Assembly: GCA_039024555.1 (NCBI GenBank)
Contig: JBCCQQ010000003.1
Location: 96,001-160,000 of the forward strand
DNA from: Cyanobacteria bacterium P01_D01_bin.156
GTDB taxonomy: Bacteria; Cyanobacteriota; Cyanobacteriia; Phormidesmidales; Phormidesmidaceae
Length of the DNA stretch: 64,000 nt
Reading direction: 5' to 3'
Positions 50,153 to 61,355 of the stretch are shown in pieces. The number at the start of each line of letters is the position of its first letter. Position 1 is the first letter of the stretch. The position numbers were made by a program, and so were the translations under genes. The notes under the pieces were generated by a model. The model was not told the origin of the DNA. It made no database searches and saw nothing but the letters and a program-made list of their open reading frames with translations.

Positions 50153-50608
50153 CTAGGATGGAGCGCACCGAATTTCCAACAAAAATCCGTCCGGGTCATA
50201 AAAGTAAATACCTCTGCCCGTAGGACGGCTGACGGGACCATGGTCAATAGGCACCTGGTTTTGATGCAGAATTTCCACCGCTTGATCAAACAAAACTGGA
50301 GCAATATCAAAGGCCATATGGTTAGCTCGCGTAAATTGCTGTTTAGGGTCAGCATGGGGCGGACCTAAATCAGGTTCTCCAAACAGGTCCAAAATAGTGC
50401 CATCCGGTAGCCGAAAATTAGCCACTTTCCCTTGAGCCACCAGTTTCACCAATGTCTCTGGCACCTCATCTCCTGTGAGTTCATGCAACCCTAAAACCTC
50501 ACCGTAAAAGCGTCGTGAGCTCCCCATATCCTTCACATTGAGAGCAATGTGATGCACTCCCCGCAACATATTAGGGCCAAGGCATGTTCGTTCAGTAGAG
50601 ACTGTCAT
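50153..50608 (-). CDS. VOC/glyoxalase family protein
   Basis: VHHIALNV, NHMAF, YFYDPDGFLLE. Confidence 0.88.
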   Translation of the reverse strand: MTVSTERTCLGPNMLRGVHHIALNVKDMGSSRRFYGEVLGLHELTGDEVPETLVKLVAQGKVANFRLPDGTILDLFGEPDLGPPHADPKQQFTRANHMAFDIAPVLFDQAVEILHQNQVPIDHGPVSRPTGRGIYFYDPDGFLLEIRCAPS

Positions 50609-50845
50609 CGCTAAACCGCAAGCTTCCGTTGCTTTCTACTCTAGCGAAGCCAAGACATATCGCATCAATTGTTGGTCGAGCACCATGAATGAGTTTCATA
50701 TATCTGCCGTATCCGACCCATCTATTTCTTAAGAAGGTCGATAATAATGGATATAGTCTTCATATTGCTGACTTGAGCTCTTGCAGGCCAATGCCTAACT
50801 TCTGACTTAGCAGCAATTCCGCTTCTCTAAATCGCTTTGATATCT

Positions 50846-53800
50846 ATGAACAGCCTTTTCCTTGAACGTCTGCATAGTCCTGAACGGCCCGTCATTGTTT
50901 TTGATGGAGCCATGGGAACCAATTTGCAGGTCCAGGAGCTGACCGCCGATGACTTTGGCGGCCTGGATTACGAGGGCTGTAATGAATATTTAGTGCTCAC
51001 TAAACCTGATGCCGTAGCCAAGGTACATCGCGACTTTTTGGCAGCGGGTGCAGACGTCATTGAAACAGACACCTTTGGTGGCAGCACCTTTGTATTGGCA
51101 GAATATGGGCTGCAGGACCGCGCCTATGAGATGAATAAGGTGGCAGCAGAACTAGCTAAAAGCTGCACTGCAGAATTTTCAACGCCAGAAAAGCCACGGT
51201 TTGTAGCAGGCTCTATTGGTCCTGGCACTAAGCTACCGACCCTAGGCCACATTACCTACGATGAACTGCTGGATGCATTTACTGTTCAAGCAGATGGGTT
51301 ATACGATGGCGGTGTCGATCTATTGATTGTGGAGACCTGCCAAGATGTGCTGCAGATTAAGGCAGCCCTCAATGCTATCGAAGCCGTGTTTGAGAAAAAG
51401 GGTAGTCGCTTACCCCTGATGGTGTCAGTCACCATGGAAACCACTGGCACCATGCTGGTGGGTTCAGACATCACGGCTGTGGTCAGTATTCTGGAACCCT
51501 ATCCCATTGATATTTTGGGGCTGAACTGCGCTACTGGCCCCGACCTGATGACTGAGCATATTAAATATCTGTCGGAGACATCTCCCTTTGTGGTGTCCTG
51601 TGTACCCAATGCGGGTCTGCCGGAAAATATTGGCGGCCATGCTCACTACAAGCTCACTCCCATGGAGCTACGCATGGCCCTGCATCGGTTTGTGGAGGAT
51701 CTTGGGGTGCAGGTGATCGGTGGTTGTTGTGGAACACGGCCAGATCATATTGCAGCGTTGGCGGGGATTGCGGAAGAGTTGTCGCCTAAGGAACGCCAGG
51801 TTCGACTAAGCACAGGGAAAAGGGAACACGGGGGAAAAGGAGCAGAAGAACCTCGCCCTGCTTTTCACTACATACCTTCAGCAGCTTCGATTTATGGGGC
51901 ACAGCCCTATGAACAGGATAATTCGTTCTTGATTGTGGGAGAACGGTTGAATGCTAGCGGTTCGCGAAAGGTCCGGGAACTGCTCAATGAGGATGATTGG
52001 GATGGGTTGATTGCGATCGCAAAACGGCAGGTGAAAGAAGGTGCCCACATTCTTGACGTCAACGTAGATTACGTCGGTCGTAATGGTGAAGCCGACATGC
52101 ACGAAATTGTCTCCCGCCTAGTCACCAATGTCACCCTACCGCTCATGCTCGACTCCACCGAGTGGACCAAAATGGAAGCTGGACTAAAGGTAGCCGGAGG
52201 GAAATGCATTCTCAACTCCACCAACTATGAGGACGGTAACGAGAGATTTTTCAAAGTACTTGAACTAGCCAAAACCTACGGTGCTGGTGTGGTCATCGGC
52301 TGCATTGACGAAGACGGCATGGCCCGTACTGCCGAAAAGAAATTCCAAATCGCCCAGCGAGCATATCGTGACGCTTTAGAATATGGCCTGCCACCCCACG
52401 AGTTGTTCTTCGATACCCTGGCCCTACCCATCTCCACTGGCATTGAAGAAGACCGTGAGAATGCTAAAGCCACCATCGATGCCATTAAAAAAATTCAAGA
52501 GCATCTTCCTGACGTTCACTTTATGCTGGGTGTCTCCAATGTCTCCTTTGGCCTTAGCCCTGCCGCCCGTATCACCCTTAATTCGATGTTTCTACACGAA
52601 GCCATGCAAGTGGGTATGGACGGAGCCATTGTCTCAGCCGCTAAAATTCTCCCCCTCATTAAAATCGATCCTGACCACCAGAAAGTCTGCAAAGATCTGA
52701 TCTACGACAACCGCGAATTCGATGGCGACATCTGCACCTATGACCCCCTGGGTAAGCTAACCACCCTGTTCGAAGGTGTGACCACAAAAGATGCTCGTTC
52801 CTCCGCATCCCTCGCCGATCTACCCATCAATGAACGTCTTAAGCAACACATCATCGATGGCGAACGCATCGGCCTCGAAGAAGCGCTAAAGGTGGCCCTA
52901 GATGGCGGCACTGAGCCTTTGCAAATTATCAATACTTTCCTCCTAGACGGCATGAAAGTGGTGGGTGAACTCTTCGGTTCTGGGCAGATGCAGCTGCCCT
53001 TTGTCCTGCAGTCAGCCCAAACGATGAAAGCTGCCGTAGCGTTCCTTGAACCCTTGATGGATAAAGAAGAGGGTGCAGAGGATTCTGGCAAAGGTAAGTT
53101 TCTTATTGCAACGGTCAAGGGAGATGTTCATGATATCGGCAAAAATCTAGTGGACATTATCCTCACCAACAACGGCTATAAGGTGATTAACCTAGGCATT
53201 AAACAAACCATCGATGCCATTGTCTCCGCCTACGAAGAGCACAAGCCCGACTGTATTGCTATGAGTGGTTTGTTGGTGAAGTCTACTGCCTTTATGAAAG
53301 AGAATCTGACAGTCTTCAACGAAAAGGGAATTTCTGTTCCTGTAATTCTTGGTGGTGCAGCGCTCACCCCCAAATTTGTTTACGGCGACTGTCAGGATAC
53401 CTACAATGGCCAGGTGATTTATGGAAAAGACGCCTTCGCCGATCTCACCTTTATGGATCGATTGATGCCTGCTAAAAAAGAAGCTAGTTGGCAGGATGAA
53501 CAAGGTTTTGTTGGAGATTATGCCCACTATAATCAGAAAGGTCGTAAAGCAATTGAGCAGGCTGAAGCTGAGCTAAACGGCGGCACAAAAAAAGAAGAGA
53601 AAAAAGCACCCGAGGTCGTTGACACGAAGCGTTCTGAGGCGGTAGAGATCGATATTGCCCGCCCCACGCCTCCTTTTTGGGGCACTAAGGTGCTCAAGCC
53701 TGAAGACTTTGATATGGATGAGCTTTACTGGCATCTGGATAAGCAAGCATTATTTGTCGGCCAGTGGCAGTTTCGTAAACCCAAAGATCAAACTCGTGAG

Positions 53801-54487
53801 GAGTATGATCAGTTTTTAGCCGAGAAGGTTCATCCTGTTCTGGCAGAATGGAAACAGAAGATAAAAGACGAAAACCTTCTGCATCCACAGCTGATTTATG
53901 GTTACTTCCCCTGTACTGCAGAGGGTAACTCTGTTCATGTGTATGATCCGGTCGTGATTGAAAAGGGCCTTACTTCAAAGGATGCAGAGCCCTTGTTTAG
54001 CTGGGAGTTCCCTCGGCAAAGATCTATGCGTCGTTTGTGCATTGCCGACTTCTTCTTGCCCAAAGAACAGAATCAGTTCGATGTCTTTCCCATGCAAGCA
54101 GTTACTGTTGGACAGATTTCAGCAGACTATGCTCGGCAGCTTTTTGCAGAGGATAAATATACCGATTACCTTTATTTTCACGGTTTAGCGGTTCAAATGG
54201 CAGAGGCCATGGCGGAATGGTGCCATGCGTTAATTCGAAAGGAATTGGGCTACGGCGATCAAGAACCTGACAACATTCGCGATATGCTCGCTCAGCGCTA
54301 TCAGGGCAGTCGCTACAGCTTTGGGTATCCCGCTTGCCCGAATGTTCCAGACCAAGCTAAGCAGCTGGAGGTACTAGGTACTGAACGCATCGGTATGACC
54401 ATGGATGAAAGCGACCAGCTCTATCCAGAAGAATCCACCACGGCAATCATTACGTACCATCCAACCGCTAAATACTTCAGCGCATAA
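50846..54487 (+). CDS. metH: Cobalamin-dependent methionine synthase
   Basis: [31 protein letters not shown] (B12-binding), [10 protein letters not shown]. Confidence 0.97.
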   Translation: MNSLFLERLHSPERPVIVFDGAMGTNLQVQELTADDFGGLDYEGCNEYLVLTKPDAVAKVHRDFLAAGADVIETDTFGGSTFVLAEYGLQDRAYEMNKVAAELAKSCTAEFSTPEKPRFVAGSIGPGTKLPTLGHITYDELLDAFTVQADGLYDGGVDLLIVETCQDVLQIKAALNAIEAVFEKKGSRLPLMVSVTMETTGTMLVGSDITAVVSILEPYPIDILGLNCATGPDLMTEHIKYLSETSPFVVSCVPNAGLPENIGGHAHYKLTPMELRMALHRFVEDLGVQVIGGCCGTRPDHIAALAGIAEELSPKERQVRLSTGKREHGGKGAEEPRPAFHYIPSAASIYGAQPYEQDNSFLIVGERLNASGSRKVRELLNEDDWDGLIAIAKRQVKEGAHILDVNVDYVGRNGEADMHEIVSRLVTNVTLPLMLDSTEWTKMEAGLKVAGGKCILNSTNYEDGNERFFKVLELAKTYGAGVVIGCIDEDGMARTAEKKFQIAQRAYRDALEYGLPPHELFFDTLALPISTGIEEDRENAKATIDAIKKIQEHLPDVHFMLGVSNVSFGLSPAARITLNSMFLHEAMQVGMDGAIVSAAKILPLIKIDPDHQKVCKDLIYDNREFDGDICTYDPLGKLTTLFEGVTTKDARSSASLADLPINERLKQHIIDGERIGLEEALKVALDGGTEPLQIINTFLLDGMKVVGELFGSGQMQLPFVLQSAQTMKAAVAFLEPLMDKEEGAEDSGKGKFLIATVKGDVHDIGKNLVDIILTNNGYKVINLGIKQTIDAIVSAYEEHKPDCIAMSGLLVKSTAFMKENLTVFNEKGISVPVILGGAALTPKFVYGDCQDTYNGQVIYGKDAFADLTFMDRLMPAKKEASWQDEQGFVGDYAHYNQKGRKAIEQAEAELNGGTKKEEKKAPEVVDTKRSEAVEIDIARPTPPFWGTKVLKPEDFDMDELYWHLDKQALFVGQWQFRKPKDQTREEYDQFLAEKVHPVLAEWKQKIKDENLLHPQLIYGYFPCTAEGNSVHVYDPVVIEKGLTSKDAEPLFSWEFPRQRSMRRLCIADFFLPKEQNQFDVFPMQAVTVGQISADYARQLFAEDKYTDYLYFHGLAVQMAEAMAEWCHALIRKELGYGDQEPDNIRDMLAQRYQGSRYSFGYPACPNVPDQAKQLEVLGTERIGMTMDESDQLYPEESTTAIITYHPTAKYFSA

Positions 54488-54502
54488 ATTTCACATATCC
54501 TT

Positions 54503-54523
54503 GTAGGGTGGGCAATGCCCACC
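54503..54523 (+). repeat. GTAG-type REP palindrome
   Basis: GTAG followed by GGTGGGCA-A-TGCCCACC. Confidence 0.7.
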
Positions 54524-54556
54524 TTCTCTTTTGGTAAAACGTTGAGGCCAGAACCA

Positions 54557-55189
54557 ATGTCCAGCCACCGCGTTCCTATCCTCAAACCGGATCAGTCCTA
54601 TACCTTTGCCAGTTATTTCAAAATGAAGTTTCCGGTGGCAGAGATTTTAAAAGAGTTAGGTGTAACGTTTGATGTTGCGTCTATTGAGTTTCAGCAAACC
54701 TCACAGGAATTATTGTCCGTTGCTGACGCTCTTAAAACACGGTTAGAAAACCGTCGGCAGCGAGTCCGACTCACAAGCGAGGCGGCACGACGAGAAGCCC
54801 TGGTTGCACCAGTTTTACTAGAAGTTGCGGATTTGACCCAGGCGATTGTCAATATTGAATATCCCGTAGAGGTGAATCAGTATCTCAGTGGAGATTTGGA
54901 TTATCTATTAGAAGCCCAGCATCGAGTGTTAGTGGTTGAGGCAAAACAGGCGAATTTAACGCGTGGGTTTACCCAATTAGCGATGGAGTTAATTGCCCTG
55001 GATCAGTGGGTTGAACTCAGTGATCCCATTTTGTATGGGGCAATTACCACAGGTGATATCTGGCAGTTTGGCAGTTTTAACCGCGTTGCCAAAAAAATTA
55101 CTCAAGATACTATGCTTTACCGTGTGCCTACGGATCTAGCACAGTTAATGCAAATCCTGGTGAGTATCTTGCAAGCGGAAGAGGGATAG
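54557..55189 (+). CDS. Hypothetical protein, probable PD-(D/E)XK restriction-endonuclease-like fold
   Basis: SEAARREAL..P, EYPV, GDLDY...VVEAK...QLAME, YGAITTGDIWQF. Confidence 0.65.
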   Translation: MSSHRVPILKPDQSYTFASYFKMKFPVAEILKELGVTFDVASIEFQQTSQELLSVADALKTRLENRRQRVRLTSEAARREALVAPVLLEVADLTQAIVNIEYPVEVNQYLSGDLDYLLEAQHRVLVVEAKQANLTRGFTQLAMELIALDQWVELSDPILYGAITTGDIWQFGSFNRVAKKITQDTMLYRVPTDLAQLMQILVSILQAEEG

Positions 55190-55203
55190 CAAGGATTCAA
55201 ACA

Positions 55204-55560
55204 ATGGCTGACAAAGCGACTCAAATTGCTACCAGTTTGCGCAAGGCACTCTTGGAAAACGGACCTATGGTGCAGGCTTTGTATAAGTATGAACTAGAGG
55301 AAAATATTGACTATTGGCATAAATCCATACTGAAAGATAAGGAAGACTTTGCCATTGTCATCACTGAAAATCGTAGGCATGTAGCTATGCTGTTGATCGA
55401 TACTGATAAAACTTTGTATATCAACGAAGCCGCTCGCGAGAAGTTACAAAGTCTGTGGCCTCAAACTTATATGCAGAATATGCTGAAGTTCATTCCGATG
55501 ATCGTAGATGACGTGCTAGACAATCATTTCTTTTTTACTGGAGTCAAGATTCACAAATAG
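55204..55560 (+). CDS. Hypothetical protein
   Basis: 118-aa ORF with AGGA SD, 14 bp after the previous gene. Confidence 0.65.
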   Translation: MADKATQIATSLRKALLENGPMVQALYKYELEENIDYWHKSILKDKEDFAIVITENRRHVAMLLIDTDKTLYINEAAREKLQSLWPQTYMQNMLKFIPMIVDDVLDNHFFFTGVKIHK

Positions 55561-55857
55561 TGGCTTCTCAAACGCCAGCCTATTGTTATATCAATCTGAA
55601 CCAGAGAAGATATTGAAATCTAATCCTCAGGTTTTGTCTAAAATTTTACTTGGGTAATGGCTTCAAAGATAATTATTACTTTGCTTATCTAAGAGTCGTT
55701 AGATTGCGATCGCTCCACCTCAATTCCTGACCCACATTACAAAAGCGTAAGATGTGCAGCTTCGCTCTTCATCATGGCCAAACCCCTATTTATAGTGGAT
55801 AGAAGCACTGGTCTTTGCCTAAGACAGTCTAATTCTGTTGAGAGACGTAGATAATCA

Positions 55858-56220
55858 ATGAAAGCAATTTTGACTGCAATCCTGGCGATCGCTGCCAGTG
55901 TACTATTTGTATTGCCTGCCTTTGCAGCTGATGACTACATCGGTGATGTAGCTGCTGGAGAGAAAGTTTTTGAGAAAAACTGTGCCACATGCCACGCAGG
56001 TGGCAACAACGCCATTATTTCCTCTCAAACGCTAAAGCAAGAAGCGCTCGAGCAGTATTTATTCAACTATCGCCTTGAGCATAATGTAGAAGCAATTGAG
56101 TATCAGGTAGCAAACGGACGAGGAGCAATGCCTGCTTTTCAAGGACGTATTCGTGACAAGGATATTGCTGATGTAGCAGCTTACGTAAAAGCTCAATCTG
56201 AAAGTGGTTGGCCCGAATAA
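55858..56220 (+). CDS. petJ: Cytochrome c6 (PetJ-like)
   Basis: Signal peptide ending AFA, heme motif CATCH, YQVANGRGAMPAF. Confidence 0.85.
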   Translation: MKAILTAILAIAASVLFVLPAFAADDYIGDVAAGEKVFEKNCATCHAGGNNAIISSQTLKQEALEQYLFNYRLEHNVEAIEYQVANGRGAMPAFQGRIRDKDIADVAAYVKAQSESGWPE

Positions 56221-56222
56221 TA

Positions 56223-56257
56223 AGTTCGGAGTTCAGAATTTAGAAGTCGGAATTTAG
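56223..56257. repeat. Heptamer short tandem repeat (STRR-like), 5 units
   Basis: AGTTCGG AGTTCAG AATTTAG AAGTCGG AATTTAG. Confidence 0.6.
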
Positions 56258-56275
56258 GAAAAAGCCCCATCATAA

Positions 56276-56305
56276 AAAGAGTGCTGAGTATATTCAGCAC
56301 TCTTT
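56276..56305. terminator. Bidirectional terminator between petJ and ndhE
   Basis: AAAGAGTGCTGA / TCAGCACTCTTT. Confidence 0.8.
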
Positions 56306-56408
56306 CTATTGTATAAATTTCGTCACCTGTATTTTCAAACCATTGATGCGTGCCGTAAAAGAGCTAGGTAAATTTTCACCTTCCGCATTCCGACTTCCAA
56401 GTTGTCCT

Positions 56409-56714
56409 CTACCACTTCAACAAATTGAACTGTTCCATATCGACCGTGTCGCGATTTCGATAAATCGAAAGCACAATTGCCAGACCTACAGCCGCTTCAG
56501 CAGCCGCAATGGTAATCACAAACACAGCAAATACCTGTCCCTTGATTTCAGCAGGGTCCAAATAATTGGAAAACGCCATCAAGTTTAGGTTAACCGCATT
56601 TAGCATCAGCTCAATAGACATCAATACACGGATCACATTGCGACTCGTGACTAAGCCATAAATACCCACACAAAACAGGGCAGCAGCAAGAATCAAAAAA
56701 TACTCTAGTTGCAT
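56409..56714 (-). CDS. ndhE: NDH-1 subunit E (NuoK)
   Basis: [23 protein letters not shown]. Confidence 0.96.
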   Translation of the reverse strand: MQLEYFLILAAALFCVGIYGLVTSRNVIRVLMSIELMLNAVNLNLMAFSNYLDPAEIKGQVFAVFVITIAAAEAAVGLAIVLSIYRNRDTVDMEQFNLLKW

Positions 56715-56757
56715 AACTTACCTAACGTTTTCACTGAAAAGCTGAATAGAAATTACT

Positions 56758-57366
56758 TTAGCTATCCTGAGCATCTGTAGCAGCTGGAACAAGCTCGCGA
56801 GGGCGTTCCCGCAAAGTTAGGACCTTCTGCTCATTATCTGGCTCTTCATCAGGCACATATTCACGGCGAGCCAAAATAATTGCCCCTACTAAAGCCATCA
56901 GCAGTAGAACCGAAGCCAGCTCAAACGGTAGCAGAAAATCACTAAAGAAATGCATGCCGATTATCTCAATAGCTGCTTCACCCGCTGGAGCAGCGGATGA
57001 CAGTTGCCATGGGGTAGCCAGCACCATAGAACTCAACAAACTGAACAACCCTAGACAAACTAATGCCGTAGCGACTTTACCAATCCAAGCATTCGCAACT
57101 GGCTGAAAATCTTCTCGCTTATTCACCAGCATGATGCCAAACAGGATCAAAATATTGACCGCACCTACATAAACCAAGACCTGCGCTGACGCCACAAAGC
57201 CTGCATTCAGTAGAATATACAGCCCTGAAATGCTGATAAAGACCATTGCCAGCAAAAAGGCTGAATAAACAATGTTAGAAAGCAACACCACACCTAGGGC
57301 GGCTGCCAGCATCAAGACACCAAGAATGCCAAGGGAAACAAGTTGTACGCCTTCTGCTAAGTTCAC
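56758..57366 (-). CDS. ndhG: NDH-1 subunit G (NuoJ)
   Basis: AQVLVYVGAVNIL, LLPFELASVLLL. Confidence 0.95.
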   Translation of the reverse strand: MNLAEGVQLVSLGILGVLMLAAALGVVLLSNIVYSAFLLAMVFISISGLYILLNAGFVASAQVLVYVGAVNILILFGIMLVNKREDFQPVANAWIGKVATALVCLGLFSLLSSMVLATPWQLSSAAPAGEAAIEIIGMHFFSDFLLPFELASVLLLMALVGAIILARREYVPDEEPDNEQKVLTLRERPRELVPAATDAQDS

Positions 57367-57447
57367 TACTACTCCAATCGTTTAAGCGTCTACATAAGCT
57401 CAAGGGTCATCATTAACCCTGCACCAATTATTAAAGCCAATAAAGAC

Positions 57448-58068
57448 TTAATCGCTAGCTTTTTCTTCCGATTTACTTGATTTAGAAGATTCTAGATCTT
57501 CCAAGATCTCTTGGGGTAGTTTACCAGCGCGACGGGACCCTTCAGGTAATTCATGGGGATCCATCACACCTTTAGGCAAATAAGCCAGTTCACGCATAGG
57601 CGTCACCATTGGATCGTCAGTAACCTTATAAGGTAGACGTCCCAAAGCTACGTTGTCATAGTTCAGCTCATGACGGTCGTAAGCAGCCAGCTCATATTCT
57701 TCCGTCATAGAAAGACAGTTGGTGGGACAATACTCCACACAATTGCCACAGAAGATACAAACTCCAAAGTCAATGCTGTAATGATCTAAAGTTTTTTTCT
57801 TAGTCGCCTTATCAAAGGTCCAGTCAACTACCGGCAAATTAATAGGACAAACACGAACACAAACTTCACACGAAATACACTTATCAAATTCAAAGTGAAT
57901 GCGACCACGATAACGCTCAGATGGAATCAGCTTCTCGTAAGGATATTGCACCGTCACAGGACGACGCTTCATATGGTCAAAGGTCACCGATAAACCTTGG
58001 CCAATATACTTGGCAGCTTGGACGGTTTCCTTGGCGTAATCGCCAACTTGCTTGAGAAAGTTGAGCAT
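57448..58068 (-). CDS. ndhI: NDH-1 subunit I (NuoI)
   Basis: [12 protein letters not shown] and [15 protein letters not shown] at 58068. Confidence 0.96.
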   Translation of the reverse strand: MLNFLKQVGDYAKETVQAAKYIGQGLSVTFDHMKRRPVTVQYPYEKLIPSERYRGRIHFEFDKCISCEVCVRVCPINLPVVDWTFDKATKKKTLDHYSIDFGVCIFCGNCVEYCPTNCLSMTEEYELAAYDRHELNYDNVALGRLPYKVTDDPMVTPMRELAYLPKGVMDPHELPEGSRRAGKLPQEILEDLESSKSSKSEEKASD

Positions 58069-58072
58069 GGTT

Positions 58073-59191
58073 TTACCCTCCAAACGCAAATGGGAATGCG
58101 AGCTTGAGTGCAGCTGTCAGTAAAAGATTTACTAACGCAACTGGCAACAAAAACTTCCAACCTAAATCGAGTAGCTGGTCGATGCGCACCCGAGGTACGG
58201 TCCAACGCAACAGAACAGCCAAGAAGACTAAAAAGTAAGCCTTGATCAAGGTCATCACGATGCCAAGAGCAGCAGTAATAACCTGTACCCAAGGTGTGGT
58301 TTCACTAATACCCAAACCACCAGCTATCCATTCAACGGGAATGGGAAAACTCCATCCCCCCAGATATAGAACCGAAACTAGCATTGCCGACAGGACCAGG
58401 TTGACGTAGGACCCCACATAAAAGAGGCCAAACTTCATACCGCCATACTCGGTCTGGTATCCAGCAACGATTTCTTCCTCTGCTTCAGGCAAATCGAAGG
58501 GAAGACGCTCACATTCTGCCAGAGCTGCAATCCAAAAGAGGACAAATCCAACCGGCTGCCGCCAGATGTTCCAACTCAGGATGCCGTATCCTGCCTGCTG
58601 ATTAACGATATCAATGGTACTCAGACTATTGGACATCATCACAATAGCCAGTACAGCTAAGGCTAAGGGAATCTCATAACTGATGGACTGGGCCGTAGCG
58701 CGTAATCCACCCAACAAGGAGTATTTATTGTTGGAAGAATACCCAGACATCAAGAGCCCAATAGGGGTCACACTAGAAAGGGCAATCCACAGAAAAATGC
58801 CCACGCCTAAATCAGTGATCACCATATTCTGCCCGAAGGGCACCACAAGATAGGAGACAAACACTGGAATAACCACCAGGGCAGGCCCTAACGTAAAGAG
58901 AATTGGATCGGCCTGAGCGGGATTAATGTCTTCTTTGAAAATCAGTTTCACACCGTCAGCAGTTGCCTGTAGTGCACCTAGAGGACCCACATATTCAGGA
59001 CCAATTCGCTGCTGGGCAGCCGCAGAAACCTTTCTTTCTAGCCAGACTGCAATAAAGATACTAACGGTAGCCGCGATTAGAATCAGGGCCATAGGCAGTG
59101 GCATCCACACTACCTTGGCAACTCCTGGAGGTACCCCTAAAGAAACGAGTATTTCAATAAAACTCCCTTGTAGGTCGATTCCAGAACTCAT
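58073..59191 (-). CDS. ndhA: NDH-1 subunit A (NuoH)
   Basis: [35 protein letters not shown]. Confidence 0.96.
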   Translation of the reverse strand: MSSGIDLQGSFIEILVSLGVPPGVAKVVWMPLPMALILIAATVSIFIAVWLERKVSAAAQQRIGPEYVGPLGALQATADGVKLIFKEDINPAQADPILFTLGPALVVIPVFVSYLVVPFGQNMVITDLGVGIFLWIALSSVTPIGLLMSGYSSNNKYSLLGGLRATAQSISYEIPLALAVLAIVMMSNSLSTIDIVNQQAGYGILSWNIWRQPVGFVLFWIAALAECERLPFDLPEAEEEIVAGYQTEYGGMKFGLFYVGSYVNLVLSAMLVSVLYLGGWSFPIPVEWIAGGLGISETTPWVQVITAALGIVMTLIKAYFLVFLAVLLRWTVPRVRIDQLLDLGWKFLLPVALVNLLLTAALKLAFPFAFGG

Positions 59192-59346
59192 ACTCAATAC
59201 GTATAAACAAATTGGAGGGCCAAGTTAGATGTTCCTAACCAAATTCCCTAATGATTTTAACGCTTAATATGTCTTCAAAGGTGAAATCCAGACATCACAG
59301 TAATAGGAATTACTACTTATGTGTCATAGATAACCGGAATTCATAC

Positions 59347-59377
59347 AAAAACCCCCTCCGATATGCATCGGAGGGGG
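59347..59377 (-). terminator. Intrinsic terminator downstream of gltA
   Basis: CCCCCTCCGAT-N4-ATCGGAGGGGG followed by TTTTT on the minus strand. Confidence 0.75.
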
Positions 59378-59473
59378 CTGGAGTTCCTGAAAATCGTCAC
59401 TGACATTAGTCTCGTTCGATTTCTCAGTATTGACAAGGGGGGTGATGCCCATCACAGGGGTAAGTATCCGGAT

Positions 59474-60667
59474 TTATACGGAGACATTGCTGGTAGTGTT
59501 AGGGGTTGGCACCTGCTTATCCCAAAGCTGTAGGCGCTCTGCAATATTGATATAGGGCTGCTCATGGGGGCCTGTATAAATTTGTGTGGGTCGAAAAATT
59601 CGATTTTCGGCTAGCTGTTCTTTCCAATGGGCTAACCAGCCAGCTACCCGTGCGATCGCAAAGATTGGTGTAAACAAATCCGTGGGAATTCCTAATTTGC
59701 GATAAACCAAACCAGAATAAAAGTCCACATTAGGGTAAACCCCCTTTGAACCAAGGCGCTCAGTAACCGCTGTTTCTAACTCTAGTGCGATCGCATAATA
59801 TTCATCCTGACCAAACTTTTCAAAGAGTTGTTCAGCTAACCCCTGCAAAATCACAGCTCGAGGGTCTTTAACTTTATACACTCGATGACCAAATCCCATA
59901 ATCTTAGATTTACTCGCCATGCGCTTCTCAACATAGGGACGCACATTTTCCACAGAGCCAATCTCTTGAAGCATCGCAATAACTTCTTCATTGGCGCCAC
60001 CATGGAGCGGTCCCGCTAATGTACCGACCGCTGAAGCTACAACCGCATAGGGATCCGTCAGCGTAGACGCGGTCACCATGGCAGAAAATGTAGACGCATT
60101 AATGGTGTGTTCAGCATGCAGCGTCAGACACACATCAAAAATACGCGCCGCTAGTGGATCAGGTTCTTCTTCATTGAGCATGTATAGGAAGTTAGCCGCA
60201 TAGTCTAAATCATCGCGAGGTTGCACCGGGTCATTACCCTGACGCATCAGTTTAAATGCCGCTACCATCGTGGGGATTTTAGCGAGTAACCGCACTACAG
60301 CCGCTTGAATATACGCAGGATTTTCCAAAGCACGGCGAGAATAAAATAGACCTAACGCCGCTGCACAAGCTTGGAGCGCATCCATCGGGTGACCACTTTC
60401 AGGAAAGCACTTCATCATGTCGCGGATACGATATTTCAACCTGCGATGGTGCTGAATTTCGTCCTTAAATACGTCCAGCTCCTGTTTAGTCGGTAGGCCA
60501 CCCCAAATCAGTAGATAGGCCGTTTCCAAAAATGTGCTTTTTTGAGCCAGTTCCTCGATGCGAATGCCTCGGTACTCTAAAATCCCGTCATTCCCATCAA
60601 CAAAGCTGATACTAGATTCTGTCGCAGGAATCCCCTCTAAACCAGGGCGATATTCGCATAGGGTCAT
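59474..60667 (-). CDS. gltA: Citrate synthase
   Basis: PGLEGI, LHAEH..NAST, GPLHGGAN, GFGHRVYK..DPR, PNVDFYSG. Confidence 0.96.
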   Translation of the reverse strand: MTLCEYRPGLEGIPATESSISFVDGNDGILEYRGIRIEELAQKSTFLETAYLLIWGGLPTKQELDVFKDEIQHHRRLKYRIRDMMKCFPESGHPMDALQACAAALGLFYSRRALENPAYIQAAVVRLLAKIPTMVAAFKLMRQGNDPVQPRDDLDYAANFLYMLNEEEPDPLAARIFDVCLTLHAEHTINASTFSAMVTASTLTDPYAVVASAVGTLAGPLHGGANEEVIAMLQEIGSVENVRPYVEKRMASKSKIMGFGHRVYKVKDPRAVILQGLAEQLFEKFGQDEYYAIALELETAVTERLGSKGVYPNVDFYSGLVYRKLGIPTDLFTPIFAIARVAGWLAHWKEQLAENRIFRPTQIYTGPHEQPYINIAERLQLWDKQVPTPNTTSNVSV

Positions 60668-60803
60668 CTTCAATCGTCCGCATGCTGTGCTTGTTTATGT
60701 CTTAAGGATATCGATAACTGAACTATTCACAAACAATCAAAAAAAATTGCCACCTCAGACTTTCTAAGCCGAGGCCTGCGGTGCGGAAAAACCAACACCC
60801 TCA

Positions 60804-61325
60804 CTACAGAATGAAGCGTGGCGGAGCTAACCAGAACAGATGGCTATTCCTCAATGGCTGATCGATCCTAGGAATATTGATGCCAATAATGCCCGCTTTT
60901 TTCAACGTCCATTGTTCGCCACTTTTGCCGTGAACTAGCTGCTGTGCCCAATGGCTGAGATCAGGCTCATGGCCGACTAAGGCGATTATTCGATATTCAA
61001 TCTGCAGATTGCTGAACCAGCCCAACCAATCATCGATACTGCCACCTGGCGCCAAGGGATTAAAGACTTGATAAGTACTCACTAAACCGGCTTCGCATAA
61101 AATCTCGGCTGTTTGCACAGCTCGAACCAGGGGGCTTGTCAGTAAGGTATCGAAACGGATCCCAAACGTTGTTAGCCGTTTAGCAATTCTACGAGTTTTA
61201 TCAATCCCTTTGTTCACCAAGGGCCTTTGTTCATCATCTTTATAGGTACCACGCTCTGCAGCAATGCCATGGCGAATAAAGTACACCTGCGTAAACGAAA
61301 GCTCATCAGCTTGGTGCTGCTGCAT
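60804..61325 (-). CDS. sixA: Phosphohistidine phosphatase SixA
   Basis: IRHGIA, TSPLVRAVQTA, LVGHEP. Confidence 0.9.
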   Translation of the reverse strand: MQQHQADELSFTQVYFIRHGIAAERGTYKDDEQRPLVNKGIDKTRRIAKRLTTFGIRFDTLLTSPLVRAVQTAEILCEAGLVSTYQVFNPLAPGGSIDDWLGWFSNLQIEYRIIALVGHEPDLSHWAQQLVHGKSGEQWTLKKAGIIGINIPRIDQPLRNSHLFWLAPPRFIL

Positions 61326-61355
61326 CGTAAATTACCACTTCAAAGTCTAAATTCC

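Noticed and set aside
50610..50845. Cobalamin or SAM riboswitch before metH
   Set aside because: No B12-box or SAM consensus visible
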